From contig OZ218963.1 of NCBI GenBank assembly GCA_965112735.1, positions 2,542,001-2,606,000 on the forward strand: 64,000 nt of DNA, written 5' to 3'. The notes beneath the pieces were generated by a model. That model had not been told where the DNA came from. It searched no databases and saw nothing but the letters and a program-made list of their open reading frames with translations. Source of the stretch: Phaeosaccion multiseriatum (lineage: Eukaryota > Protista > Ochrophyta, other classes). This document shows, piece by piece, positions 31,561 to 44,000 of this stretch (position 1 is the stretch's first letter; the number at the start of each line of letters is the position of its first letter). Position numbers and translations under genes: made by a program.

Positions 31561-31945
31561 GTGAGTTTCCAATTTTGATATGCACAAGCTGGGGCATCAT
31601 TTCATTTGGTGGGGGGGTCATTGCTCACAAGGAAATACTATTGAGGTCATTACGCAGTACTGTGGTCGAGGTGGAAAGGGGGAAAGGGCTCATTACGAAA
31701 AGATGTGTAGCGTAGTTCAGGTCTCGTGAGGACTCCATCAGTAATAATGCAACGGCCGTGAGAAACGGTGTGAGACGAAAATGAGGTGGAGCTGGGGTGG
31801 GCTCATTACGTAATGGTACGTAGGGAGGGTAGGAGGTGGGTTTTCGAGAGGCTGTTCGGGCCTCCCTCACTCCTGAATCCGTAAAGACCAAATGGAAAGC
31901 TGTCTTGAACTCAAGGAAGCTTCCAGAGTTTTTAGGTGGGATTAT

Positions 31946-33518
31946 TGTGGTGGAGCTGGGACAGGCTCAATTACGTATTATTAAATGAAGGGGGGGGCGG
32001 CTTTTTTGGGGCCTGGTTGGCCCCTCCGCACTCCTGAACCCGTATAGACCAGTGGAAAGCTTCCTTTAAACAAGGGAAGCTTTCTGGGTCTTAGGGTGGG
32101 AAAAGCCCTTGTTATTAATACACCAGCATTGGTCTCTTCTCTCCCCTCTTATTGGGACCGAAACAACACACTCAGCTTGGGGGTGCCTTCCTCCTCTTAG
32201 GCAGAGGGAGGTAGCGGCCCCACATATGGCAACGTCGGGAGACTCAAACCCTCGTACCCCAGCACAATCGCAGTCGCTGGGCGCTTGTTTGCCGCGTTCC
32301 GCGTCAAGGGGGGAGGGCATGGCGGACGCCTCAGCTCCATCAGCATCTGACGAGGTGGCAAGCGGGGAGGACGAGGAGGACGACTCTGCAGCAGAGGGTG
32401 ATTTAACCTATGGGATCCTAGGCTTGGCCAGTGGCATCAGGTGCGCTGGTAGATCAGGAGGAGGGGACAGCCCAAGTCTTCCCCTTTCCCCCGCAGGCCA
32501 ACTGGAAGAGGAAGTGGAAGATATGGCAACCCGATTGCCGTCGTCTCCTCCTTTACATCAGCAACTGGGGACACAGTACCATCAGCAGCAAACATCCCAA
32601 CCGCACCAGCCGGCAGCTGCCGTGAAGCCTCAGCAGTAGCCGTGGCAGCTTCAGCAAAAGCAGAGGTTCCAGCAGCACCAATCGGTGGCCACAAGGCGGC
32701 ATTTGGATGAGGAAGGAAATTTGGAGGAAGCCCCCACAAGGAAAGCTACACCGGAGGAACCGGAGGAGCAGTTCGTGATTGCAGCCAGAGCAGGATTGGA
32801 GGAGTATGTGATGGAGGAGGGCGCTGCCGATGAGGCCAATCTCATACTTAGGACTTTCGCCTCAGCCAGTGGCAACATTGCCGCAAGGGGGTCAAGAGGG
32901 GGTAGCGCTAGTCTTCCCCTTCCCCCCACTATTACCACGCGCTCACGGCCACAGCACGGGGCTCAGGTACAAAGGGGAAGATGGGAGTCGAGCAACGAAA
33001 CGGAGACGAGGCTGTGGGCTCGCATAGCCCAGTTGGAGGAGACCTTGGAGAATGGAGTCGTCCCGTCACTGACGTCCCCTCAATCACCCCTACAGCAAGG
33101 AGAGGGACCGCAGCAACCTGTCCTGCAGCAGGGATACTCCCAGAGTGGGGAAGGGGCTCACCAGCAGCAAGCGAGCCCCTACCCTCAGCCGCAGTGCCCC
33201 CAGCCCCTGCACTATTCACAAGCCTCGCCTCAGGGAAACTCTTACCCCAGCAGTAACAGCGTCAGACGCAACAACAGCAACAGCAACAGCTTCAGCAGCT
33301 GCATATACCTAGCTCAGTCCAAATGGACACAGCCAATGGCGCAGCGCAGAGGACAGAGACGACTCCTCCTCTGCATTTGCGTTTCAATTTGCGGTCTCCA
33401 GCGCAACAGCGACAGCCGCAGCAGCAGCATCATCATCAGCCGCAGCATCAGAACCTAGCAGGCTACATTGGAGCCCTCCTGGTCAAGTGCAACATGACCG
33501 ACGGTTCACCAGTGCCTA
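31946..33518 (+). mobile_element. 5' LTR (31946-32224) + PBS + degenerate gag of gypsy family A, truncated
   Basis: TGTGG...CCACA LTR homologous to 56800-57074 and 60114-60417; PBS TGGCAACGTCGG; downstream sequence matches 57134-57455. Older LTR-like relics lie at 31660-31940. Confidence 0.8.
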
Positions 33519-36500
33519 TGTAAAAGCGACTTGAGCCGCTTAGACAAGTGGTAACACTCGGTACATTATCCGGGATGGAACCCGTTTGCAAGCCCTGCTG
33601 CTAGGCTCTCCTTACCAAGATCACCTTTTCTGAGGGTCCATCGCCACTCAGAATCTACGTAATATAGGACACACCGACCATTGACTTATGGTCCATCTCA
33701 CTCTGAGGCCTTCCAACATCCCCAATGCCTATCCCGTGACCTTCCAACATCCCCAATGCCTATCCCGTAACCTTCCAACATCCCCTATACCTATTTCCCC
33801 TCTGCGGCCACTACCACCGCAAGGTATAGAACCCGAAATGCTGCGCCGTCTCCGCAGCGATGCCCATCCCCCACTTCTCGTGCCACATGGCGCGCACGGT
33901 GCGCTCTCGCTTAGATCGCTGCCCACGCTTGCGCTGCACTCCCGGGTCCAACGCCCCTGGCGCCAAAGAGTCCTCGAATGCCTCTATTGCAGCCCTCTTT
34001 CCGCGCCGCAAGAGCCAATCGTCCCACTCCCACGTCTGATAGCTGCCGCCCTCCCCTACAGCCCAACGTACACAGTACTCGAGCCGGAGTGGCTGCCCTG
34101 TGGCCTTACGCCACCTCATCTTCACTATCCGCGCCAGCTCCGGCTCCCGCCCTACCCCGACCTCCCCGTCGGTCACGCTGCGCTTCTCCTGCAGTGCACT
34201 AGTACCCCAGTGGGCTGAGCAGTAACGGATGTGGTATCGAGCGAACCCGTCTGGTAGCCCTTCCGGCTGGCCACTCACCCCATCAACGAACGGCTTGGTG
34301 AGGTCCCGATGGTACGCCCCTTGCTTGAACTCCACTCCCCCGCCTCTGACCCTCGGCACATCCAGATACACCGTGCTCCGGCGCATCACTGCGTCGTGCT
34401 CATCGTTGAGAACCCCACCATGTCGCGCCTGAAAGGCCTGCTGTGTGGGCCAAGCCAGGACTTCGAACGGTCCGTCCCAAGCATGACTCAGCGCCTTGAG
34501 AGTCTGTGCCTTCTGCTCCTCCATGGCCTCACCCTCCTTCTGCGCCGCCCCCCCTGGACGGTACAAACACACCTTGGTGCCAGGAGGCATCGGCGCTGGT
34601 CAGCGACGCTCACGGTTCTTGAGCTGTAGTCTGCTGCGGTACTCCTCGCGCCTGCCCGTCACCACCTGCGCCGCCGCTGCCATCCGCGCCCTCAGCTCAT
34701 ACACCCATGCCGAAGGCGTCTCGAACGAGCCGTCCTCCTCGAGGGCAGGCAGCATCGCTTGAAGCGGAATCGGGGGGTGTCGACCAAAGAGAGTGTAGTA
34801 CGGGGAGAGGCCTGTGGTCTTGTGAGCCCTACAGTTGTACGCGTACGTGAGCGCGGGCACATACTCGGGCCACTGCTGCATCTGGGCCTCCACCGTCGTC
34901 GCCAGCATGTCCTTCATCGTGGCCATGAAGCGCTCCACTTGCCCATTGGCTTGCTGATGCGTCGGCGTAGTGAAGACTTGTGATGTCTGGAGTACGCGCA
35001 GCACATCGGCCATGAGCGTGCTCGTGAATTGCGATCCTTGGTCACTGACCAGCACCTTGGGCGCCCCCAGCACCGTCACTACATCCCGCACGAATGCCCG
35101 AGCAATGCCCTCCGCAGTATAGTCCTTGGCGCACAATGGCACCACCACCGTCCATTTTGTGAACCAATCTTGAAACACCAAAATGTACTCCTCCCCCCCC
35201 ATGGCCATGGGGAATGGTCCTGCCACGTCAGCACCCATAACCGCCCATGGCCCATTCACGGCCTCCGATGATATGGACGAGAGCGGAACCTGTTGAGGTC
35301 GCCTCCGTGGTGTCTTGCGTGTCTGGCACGCAAGACACGAACAGGCCCAGTACAACGCGTGCCCGTTCATGGAGGGCCACAACACTCGCTTCTGCAGCGC
35401 GTCCAGCATCCGCCCAGGCCCGTGGTGTCCGCCTGAGACTGCATCGCCGTGAGTGGCATGCAGTAGAGCAGGCCTGAGCGCCTTTGGGACACAGAGCTGC
35501 AACCTCGTTCGCTCTACTCGCCACCGTCGCCCCCCGGGGGCCCACTTGCGACGAAGGACTCCATCGCCATCGAGAGAGAACTCCCCCCCGCCCGCATCGA
35601 ACACCCCCTCGCCCGGGGAGGCTGTCAAGACCTTCTGACGCCACACCTCCAACTCAGCGTCCTGCTGCTGCGCCTTCACCCACCACGCGGACTCGTAAGT
35701 ACGAGCCCCATGCAATATGCGGGCTGCGCACGACTGCTCACCCACTGCCGGGGGAACACCAGAGAGGGACCACCCAAATTGCTGCGTAGCAGCCTGCCTT
35801 GCGGACTCCACGTCTGCCCGCGCTGCTGCCTCGCTCGCCGCAGCCGCATAGGCTTCGGTGTCAGCCGCAGGAGTCTCGTCATCCTCTCGCCCCTCCACCA
35901 CCGTGGGCGTGCCGCCAACTGTGAGTCCGTCACCGCCTCCTCCTCCTCCTCCTCCTCCTCCTCCTCCTCCTCCTCCTCCTCCTCCTCCTCCTCCTCCTCC
36001 TCCTCCTCCTCCTCCTCCTCCTCCTCCTCCTCCTCCTCCTCCTCCTCCTCCTCCTCCTCCTCCTCCTCCTCCTCCTCCTCCTCCTCCTCCTCCTCCTCCT
36101 CCTCCTCCTCCTCCTCCTCCTCCTCCTCCGCCGCCGCCGCCGCCGCCGCCGCCTGCAACCCCTCCTCAGCCTCCTGCGCCCACCACTCCATCACCGCCGC
36201 CTGCTGCGGCTGCTGCTGTGGCCGAGGGCGTCGCGCTCTCTGCCTCCACCGTCGATGCACCCACCACGCCCGCTGCCTCGACGGCGGCAGGGATGTCCCA
36301 CGCCACACCTTGGGTCTGCCACTGCTGCTGGGCTTCTGTGGGGGTCACCATGGTGTAGTAACAGCCCGTATCCTCGGCGATGGCACTCCACGTCTTCTCA
36401 ATCATAACCGCTCGAGGGAACGACAGCTTGCCACGGCGCCGCGCCGCGGCCGGCCGATAGCGCGCCCTGAACTGCTCCACTGCTGCCATGAGCTCCGTCC

Positions 36501-37890
36501 AGGTCCACTGGGGGTGTCGGTAAGACAGAAGGATCAGATCGATCATCTCCACTGACTTAGCTGTCGCTGAGAAAATGAAGAGTGGGCTGGCGTGCTCCCG
36601 ATCGGCCCAATACCCCACCCCGGCAGAGACGAACTGCCCTGCGCACATCTCAGCACGCGTCACACCCGCCACCCCGCTATCCACCGCGCTCACTTCCACC
36701 GCCAATGGCACCGGCACTGCACAAGCCCGCATCTTCGGAAGCAACTGTAGTAATGCTGCTACATCGTCGAAAGCATAGCTGAGCTGAGCCGCCGTGAGCT
36801 CCCGCTGCGTCCAATCAGTCTTCTGCTCCTCCTTGCTCATAAAACGCTGCAGAAACATACTAACCAGGTCTGCTAAGCCAATGGGGCGACAGTGCTCTGG
36901 CCACACCTCCTTGAATAGATGCGTCGTGTCGACCAAATTGGCGATGGCCCACACATGTGGCGCCAACGCCGGCCACTTCCCTAGTGCACGCTGGTCGTGA
37001 CGCCAGTGATGCGCCAGCTTCATGATCCCCCCGTCACCCCACAGCTCACTCAGTACCGCCGCGAGAGCCTCTATACCACCATTGACACTCAAACTGTCCA
37101 AATCCACCCAGAACCCACAATCACGCTCCGAATCGGCGACGCCGCTATACTGGACACCCAGAACCCACAATCACGCTCCGAATTGGCGACGCCGCTGTAC
37201 TGGACACCCAATTGCAGCAACGACGCCGGACGAGGAGGGGTGCGTATAGCCCACTCCGAGTCCATGGCCACCACCGTCGCCTCCCTCAGTGCCGCCCGCA
37301 TGGCCCACACCTGCTCCTCCGTACGTATGTACGTGCACCGAGCTGCTGGCACGTGACTGAGAAACGGCGGCAGCTGAGACCACTCCTCGATCAACCGTTT
37401 CTTCTCGTTGATGTGGGGTAGAGTCACTGGAGCCCAACCACATTGCCGCATCTGCTCCACGTGCTGCACCCGAGCCGATCCTAAGCCGTCTGGCGTCTCG
37501 ACCGCCACACTGTCCACGCACAGCGCCTCCAAACCTGCCGACGCCTGCTGTCGCGCCGTGACAGGCGAGAGTCCCTCCAAAGGCACTGACTGAGCCGCCA
37601 CCGCCTCTCCTTGCAACTGCTGCACAGCTGCAACAAAGCGCAGAACAGCCCCCTCCACCTGATCCTCCCACTCTAACGCGAGTGTGTCACCCACCACATC
37701 CACCAACGCCACCTCCACTCCCACCGCATCACACCACTCAGTCACTGGCAAGGGCTCGCGTGACAAGCAGTCAGGCACCACAAGCTCCCGCCCTGGCTTG
37801 TGGACAAACTTGAGATGATGAGCAGAGAGCCGTTCATGCCACCGAAAGAGCTTTGAGTTGGTGTCTTTGTGCGTCGCCAGCCACAGCAAG
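33519..37890 (-). mobile_element. Ty3/gypsy 3' half: RNase H end - DEDDy exonuclease - integrase - chromo-like domain - triple PPT - 3' LTR (33519-33718); inactivated
   Basis: VHKPG..VPDCLSR; VAMDSEW..SLLQL..DWTQRELTAAQLSYAFDD; HHCC; DVAGP, SDQGSQF, NGQVER; YCVRW..TWE. Stops at 36166 and 34600, and a 50-bp duplication at ~37107-37210. Confidence 0.88.
35937..36153. repeat. (CCT)n then (GCC)n microsatellite inside the gypsy pol
   Basis: Directly visible; poly-Gly in the pol frame. Confidence 0.97.
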
Positions 37891-38867
37891 TGTAAAACGA
37901 CGTACGCACGACCGACATGCGCTGTCGCCTACAGATAGGATGGAACTAGACACACGGACAAGGTAACAGCAACCCCAAAGCCAGCCTAGCAGCCAGCCTT
38001 GCCTCTATGAACTTATTGCATGCTAGTCCTAAACGACCACCTTCGCACATAGGATAGTGAGAGCCACGCCACCCGTTCTCACCGCATCTGCCTGGGCCTG
38101 GGCCATTGACTTATGGCCCATCTCATCTGAGGCCTTCCAACATCCCCAATGCCTATCCCGGGGCCTTCCAACATCCCCAATAGCTATCCGCCACTTCCAA
38201 CATCCCCTTGACAAGAGTGTTGCGTGTCCCCACGCAACACAAGCGGATTCGCCTACTGAAGCTCGACTGTCGCACAAGCCTCCATGCTGCTTCCAAACAG
38301 TCCCTAAAGCAGCCTTGCGAGTATCCTTCTCTGTCTCCCGCCAAGCTCCGTGCAACAGCAACAGCCGCGCTGCTGCAACACTCGAAAGCCGTGCCCGCTG
38401 TAGGGCACCGCTCTCGGCAATTCTCTGTCTCCACTGCCCACCAAACTCCAGCATCCATTTCCGTGCAACAACAACATCCGTGCTGCTGCCACACTCGAAA
38501 GCCGTGCCCGCTGTAAGACACCGCTCCCGGCAATATGGTGGGGCGTCAGTGTCCGTATTGATAATATATCTCTACTACTCGCTGATGCAAAGCTTGTGCC
38601 CACAAAGAGGAGGGTGAAACGCCAGAGCCGTTGATCCCCCTCGGGGCGTGCCTAGGAAACCGACATTCTTATTATACCCCAGAATGTATGACCGGAAACC
38701 CTTAGGCAGGACAATCTACCCTACTACCCCCAAGCGACAGTTCGAGTCGACGCGGAAGCAAATGTGTCTATCCGGTGTTTGTCCTCTTGCGCGTGCGCGC
38801 AGGTCGCGCCGGAGCGCGGGCCGAAGAAGTGCGGCGATCGGCGCGCTGCTTCTGGGCTGCCTGTCGT

Positions 38868-39291
38868 TGTAAGAAGGCATCCTTTTGCTAGGCTGGCAGC
38901 TATCCACTGCATATTCACGGGGGTAGCTGCCAGCCTAGCAAAAGGATGCCTTCTTACATGCCTGTCATTTAAGGTCGATCCTTCCCCCCCCTCCGAAAAC
39001 TCCTCCGAAAACCTTGGGGGGGTAACTACCTAGGATTTCTCCCACACCGAGCCCGTTACCTCGAATTTCAGTGTCATGCCCAACTTTCGCCCTCGGAAAT
39101 TTTCTCACCATCCACAGAATCGAACCCCGTCTGGGCATGTAAGAAGGCATCCTTTTGCTAGGCTGGCAGCTACCCCCGTGAATACCTTAACTGACAGGCA
39201 TGTAAGAAGGCATCCTTTTGCTAGGCTGGCAGCTACCCCCGTGAATATTCAGTGGATAGCTGCCAGCCTAGCAAAAGGATGCCTTCTTACA
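38868..39291. mobile_element. Hairpin-ended element R3
   Basis: TGTAAGAAG...CTTCTTACA ends, TSD TCGT, ~91-bp palindrome at each end. Confidence 0.88.
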
Positions 39292-40451
39292 TCGTGTCGC
39301 AAGGGTGCGGAGATAGGTTCAGACTGCGCTGACTAATTGCTTGTCCTGATGTTTCTGCAGGTAGGTCTCCAGTAAACGTGGAGTGTTCTCGTGCAGTGTC
39401 TCGATGGGCTCCTCGCTATTCTCGAGGGCTTCAAAGCCACGCCACTTAACAATGACATGCCATGAACCATCTGCGTGCTGAACGAGGCCTTCAAAAGCCT
39501 CCACCACAAAGTCTTGGGTGTTGTATGAAATCTGCTGTAGTACGTCGGTGGTGACGTTCACGTGAGCACCGCAATAGTATCGGAGGCGGCTGACATGTAC
39601 CTCAGAGGTACCCTTCCTGCCTACCAGCTCTTCCACCTTGTATACGTGCTGCTCAAGGGCTTCAAGCACTCGGCAGGGTCCATGCCACTTGCCTAGTATC
39701 TTGCTTGTGGGCCCTACTGTTGCCACGAGCACATAGACTCCGACCTGAAACAGCGTCTCGCTGTTGAGCTGCTTTGCTCTGGCCAAGTCCTGGCGATGAT
39801 CTGCACCACGTCTGCCGCTCATCAGCCTCTGGTTGATGCCATCTCGCTTGTGATCGCGGAGGGTGGTCAAATGACGCTCCGCTTCGGCGCGCTGCCCCTC
39901 CTTCCTCTGATGGAGTTGTGTCGCAAGGGTGTCTCTCTGCGCCGGGGTCAGCTGCAGTAGCCGAACCTTTTGCAGTCGATCCGCATCGTGGATCAGAATC
40001 GTGTCGAGAGGCCGCTGTGGTACGTGACCGCTGTGCAGCTGGATGGGAGACATGCTAGACCGACTGCTCTTGTTGGAGCTGTTCTCAACAGCCTCCATCA
40101 CTGGCAGTAGTTGCGGCCATGTCTCGGGCGGCTGCCGTAGCTCAGACATCATTGATCTCATGATCTTCTGCAATGTCTGTACACCACGCTCGCCCAATCC
40201 TCGACTGTATGGGTTGTGTGCTACCACAAAATGGTGGTTGCACCGCAAGAGCTGACTTAGCTCACGTATCATTTCATTTAAGAAATGACTGCCTCGGTCA
40301 CTCTGCCACCTGGGCACTACGCCATGCTGTGCGAACCAGCGCAATAGACCGCGTGCACACACTCGTGCAGTAGCTTCCAAGCATGGCTCATACATTGACA
40401 ATGACGAGAAGTCATCAAAGATGCACAGCACTTGCTTTACATGAAGCTTCA

Positions 40452-41043
40452 TGTTGGAAGGCCTCAGATGAGATGGGCCATAAGTCAATGGCCCAGGCCC
40501 AGGCAGATGCGGTGAGAACGGGTGGCGTGGCTCTCACTATCCTATGTGCGAAGGTGGTTGTTTAGGACTAGCATGCGATAAGTTAATAGAGGCAAGGCTG
40601 GCTGCTAGGCTGGCTTTGGGGTTGCTGTTACCTTGTCCGTGTGTCTAGTTCTATCCTATCTGTAGGCGACAGCGCATGTCGGTCGTGCGTACGTCGTTTT
40701 ACAGATAGGATAGAACTGCCTAAGCCTCTTGGCTAAGTGCTGCTTTCGGGCCTTTGGGGTTGTAAAACGACGTACGCACGACCGACATGCGCTGTCGCCT
40801 ACAGATAGGATAGAACTAGACACACGGACAAGGTAACAGCAACCCCAAAGCCAGCCTAGCAGCCAGCCTTGCCTCTATTAACTTATCGCATGCTAGTCCT
40901 AAACGACCACCTTCGCACATAGGATAGTGAGAGCCACGCCACCCGTTCTCACCGCATCTGCCTGGGCCTGGGCCATTGACTTATGGCCCATCTCATCTGA
41001 GGCCTTCCAACATCCCCAATGCCTATCCCGGGGCCTTCCAACA
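40452..41043. mobile_element. Foldback insertion of two inverted R1 LTRs
   Basis: TGTTGGAAGGCC...GGCCTTCCAACA ends, TSD TTCA; removing it restores the integrase frame GFMKLHVKQ. Confidence 0.88.
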
Positions 41044-42683
41044 TTCATGAACCCTTCTGGGGACTCTGCCCATATAACTCCATCGCCAATCTTGACGAAG
41101 TCAAACCAGATGAGCTGCTGGGGTCCAGTAGCGTGCCATTGAGCTAGCAGGGGGCGAGGCACTCTCTCGCCCTTGCCGTTGGTGAGGCAGTGGAGACAGT
41201 TCTGAACGAGGCTTCGCACGTTCTTGTCTAGCGCATGCCAAATGAACTTCTCCTTAATAGCACTCAAGGTGTTTGTCTCTCCCTGATGGCCCATCATACC
41301 CTGATGGCCAGTCACACACAGTCTCAGGTGCATGTCCTCCGCCTTGGCTCCCACCGAGGGAATCCAAATGCGGGTGCTGTCAGCGGGGTTGCTCGTCGGA
41401 TGGCACGCTCGAATCAACCCGTCGTCGCCAACTGATGAGAGGAGCAGGCGGCGCCCGTTCTCTCCCACCTCCTTGCTAGCCTGCTGGAGCTCCTGAAGAG
41501 CGTCTGCCTGCAGACTGGCAATCTCAGTCTTGGAGGGCCAAGTGAAGTCGTCACACATAGTGTCAAACACTTGCATGGGCCCAAACTTGCCCAAAGCGAG
41601 CACACTAGGGGTAAGGCTCACTGGTTGCGTGTACCGCCTGCTAATGGGGTCGGCCCAATCATGGAGATGACCAGGGAAGTGGACAATGACGTAGTCAAAG
41701 CTCTGAAGGCGCACGGCCTGACGCTGCAGCCTGTCCCTCATAGGCTTAGTCATGCCAGGGTACCTGCTGTCGTTGCTCATCATGAACGCCTGGTTGCGAT
41801 GGTCGCAAAAGATGTGCACTTTCTGTGCCCCGACCAAAGCGTACTCGTTCTGGATCAAGCCTCGGAGTGTCGCGTCTCCTTCCTTGTCTATGGTGGCACG
41901 CCTCAGCTCTGCGCCTTCAAAAGCGCCTGAGCCGAAGGCCACTGGGATGTGGTTCATCTCATGTACCGGAAGGCACAGCTCTTTGGGGTCGATGTATGTA
42001 ATCATACATCCCCAGTAGAGGTCGCTAGCATCTGGGAATACCAGTGCCAGTTTGGTTGGGTCTGGGTGCGACAGCACCGTGTTCTGTGCAAGGACGCGCT
42101 TAATCTGGAAGAAAGCGTCGTCGTGCTCTGTGTCCCACCCCACAGAGGCCAACGGAATCGTCTTGGCCACTGCCTTGGAGCGCTTGTGCTGATGAGGCTT
42201 AGCGTTAGCCTGCCCGAGGGCTTTGTTCAACAGCGCGTTCAAAGGACCCACTAGCTTAGCGAAGTCCTTGATGTATCGATGAAACCACTGCAGGCTGCAG
42301 AGGAAAGTCATCAAATCTCCAGCCGTCTCTGGGGCCGCGAGACTGGTCAGGCCCTGCACTCTGGCGGGGTCATGTCGCGTGCCGCGTCGGTCGTGCACGC
42401 GGCCTAGGAACTTAAGCTCTTTGCCGAAGCGGAAGGAGCTCAACCCTATGTTGATGTTGGCGCTGTGGAGGCGCTTCATCGTCAGTCGAGTGAGGCGCAC
42501 CATGTCCTCTCCCACCTTTGCCCAGTACGCTACGTTGTCAATGTAGACGGCGTGGGTCTTGCACAACTCTTTGCGAAAGAGGTGGGTCATCTGGCCTTGG
42601 ACGTAAGCGCCCGAGTTCTTAGCCCCTTGGGGCACTCGAGTTGGCGTCACTTTGCCATTTGGGAATATATAGGTGTGAGCAAC

Positions 42684-43069
42684 TGTTAGAAGTCGTACTT
42701 TTGCTAGACTGATACCTGCCCTGTCTGAATTGTTAGAAGTCGTACTTTTGCTAGACTGATACCTGCCCTCTGAATTCAGACCGGGAGGTATCAGTCTAGC
42801 AAAAGTACGACTTCTAACAAGACCGTTGCTAGAGGACGAACCCCCCCCCCCACCGCACATAGTGGAGAGAAGTAACTCGCGGTCTGAGAATCAGCATCAT
42901 GGGCCGGCAAGCTGGTAACAGTTTTCGCCGAAAAATACGCTTTTTCACAAGCGACAGCTAAGGTTCGAACTCACAACTAGCCTTGTTAGAAGTCGTACTT
43001 TTGTGTTGATACCTGCCCTCTGAATTCAGACCGGGAGGTATCAGTCTAGCAAAAGTACGACTTCTAACA
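42684..43069. mobile_element. Hairpin-ended element R4
   Basis: TGTTAGAAG...CTTCTAACA ends, TSD CAAC; inserted in the family B RT. Confidence 0.88.
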
Positions 43070-44000
43070 CAACTTGGCTCAGCTTGCCTAGTGGGAATTG
43101 CCAATACATGTCAACCCCATCTATCTCGATGAACCATAGGCAGTCCAACATGGCAGCGACCGCATCATCAATGTTCATCATCCCAAAATCGACCTTCTGT
43201 ACCTTTTCACTGACTGCTCGAAAGTCGCAGACGATACGGTACTTGCCTGGCTTGCCGGGCTTGCCTACTGCAAAAGCCGGGCTACCATGGGCGCTCTGCG
43301 GGTTGCTGTAACCCAGGCCTTTGTCTATCAACTTGTTGCAAAAGTCGTTCACAAAAGCACCCTTTGCGCCTTGTTGCCTTATGGGGAGACGGGAGCTCGG
43401 TACCGTGTCGGTAAATGTCACCTCCATTGGCTCTACGTTGGCGGGGCCATCGCTATATAGCAACTCATCCCGCCACACATCAAACTCTAAGAGAGCTTCC
43501 ATCATTGGCTCTCTCAGCTCCGCAGGGAAATCATGATCAGTGATTGCCTTGTCCACAATGGGACCTAGCACCTCTCTGCGGCGTGCCTCAGAGGGAGGGT
43601 GTCCCTCTGATGGCCCTTGAATAGTATCTGGTACACCTTCACACTCTTCACGGTCTTTATTAGTTAGGGGCTGACCACCAATGGCGTCAACACCTGGTGC
43701 CTCTGCACCAACGTCAGGAGGGGGGCACTCAGCCGCGACCTCCTGCGCTCCTACCCCCAGTGTCGGCACTGAGCTCACTAGGGTCTCTTCATATTCTTCG
43801 AAGTTTAGGATATGCATATGCTCATCGCTCTTCTGTCCGGCCGAAGCGGCCCCATCTACAGGAGGAGCGGCGTCCCGCTCCCTCTGTAAGGCCTCCATCG
43901 CCCGAGTGGCATGAATCCTATTGAACTGCTCGCCCAACGATTCCATACCCAGTTCCTTGTGCAAGGGCCTGCCCAGAATTAATCTGCTGCCCAAGCCGTC

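Noticed and set aside
35676-36555. Poly-E, poly-S and poly-P ORFs
   Set aside because: Alternative frames of the CCT microsatellite inside pol.
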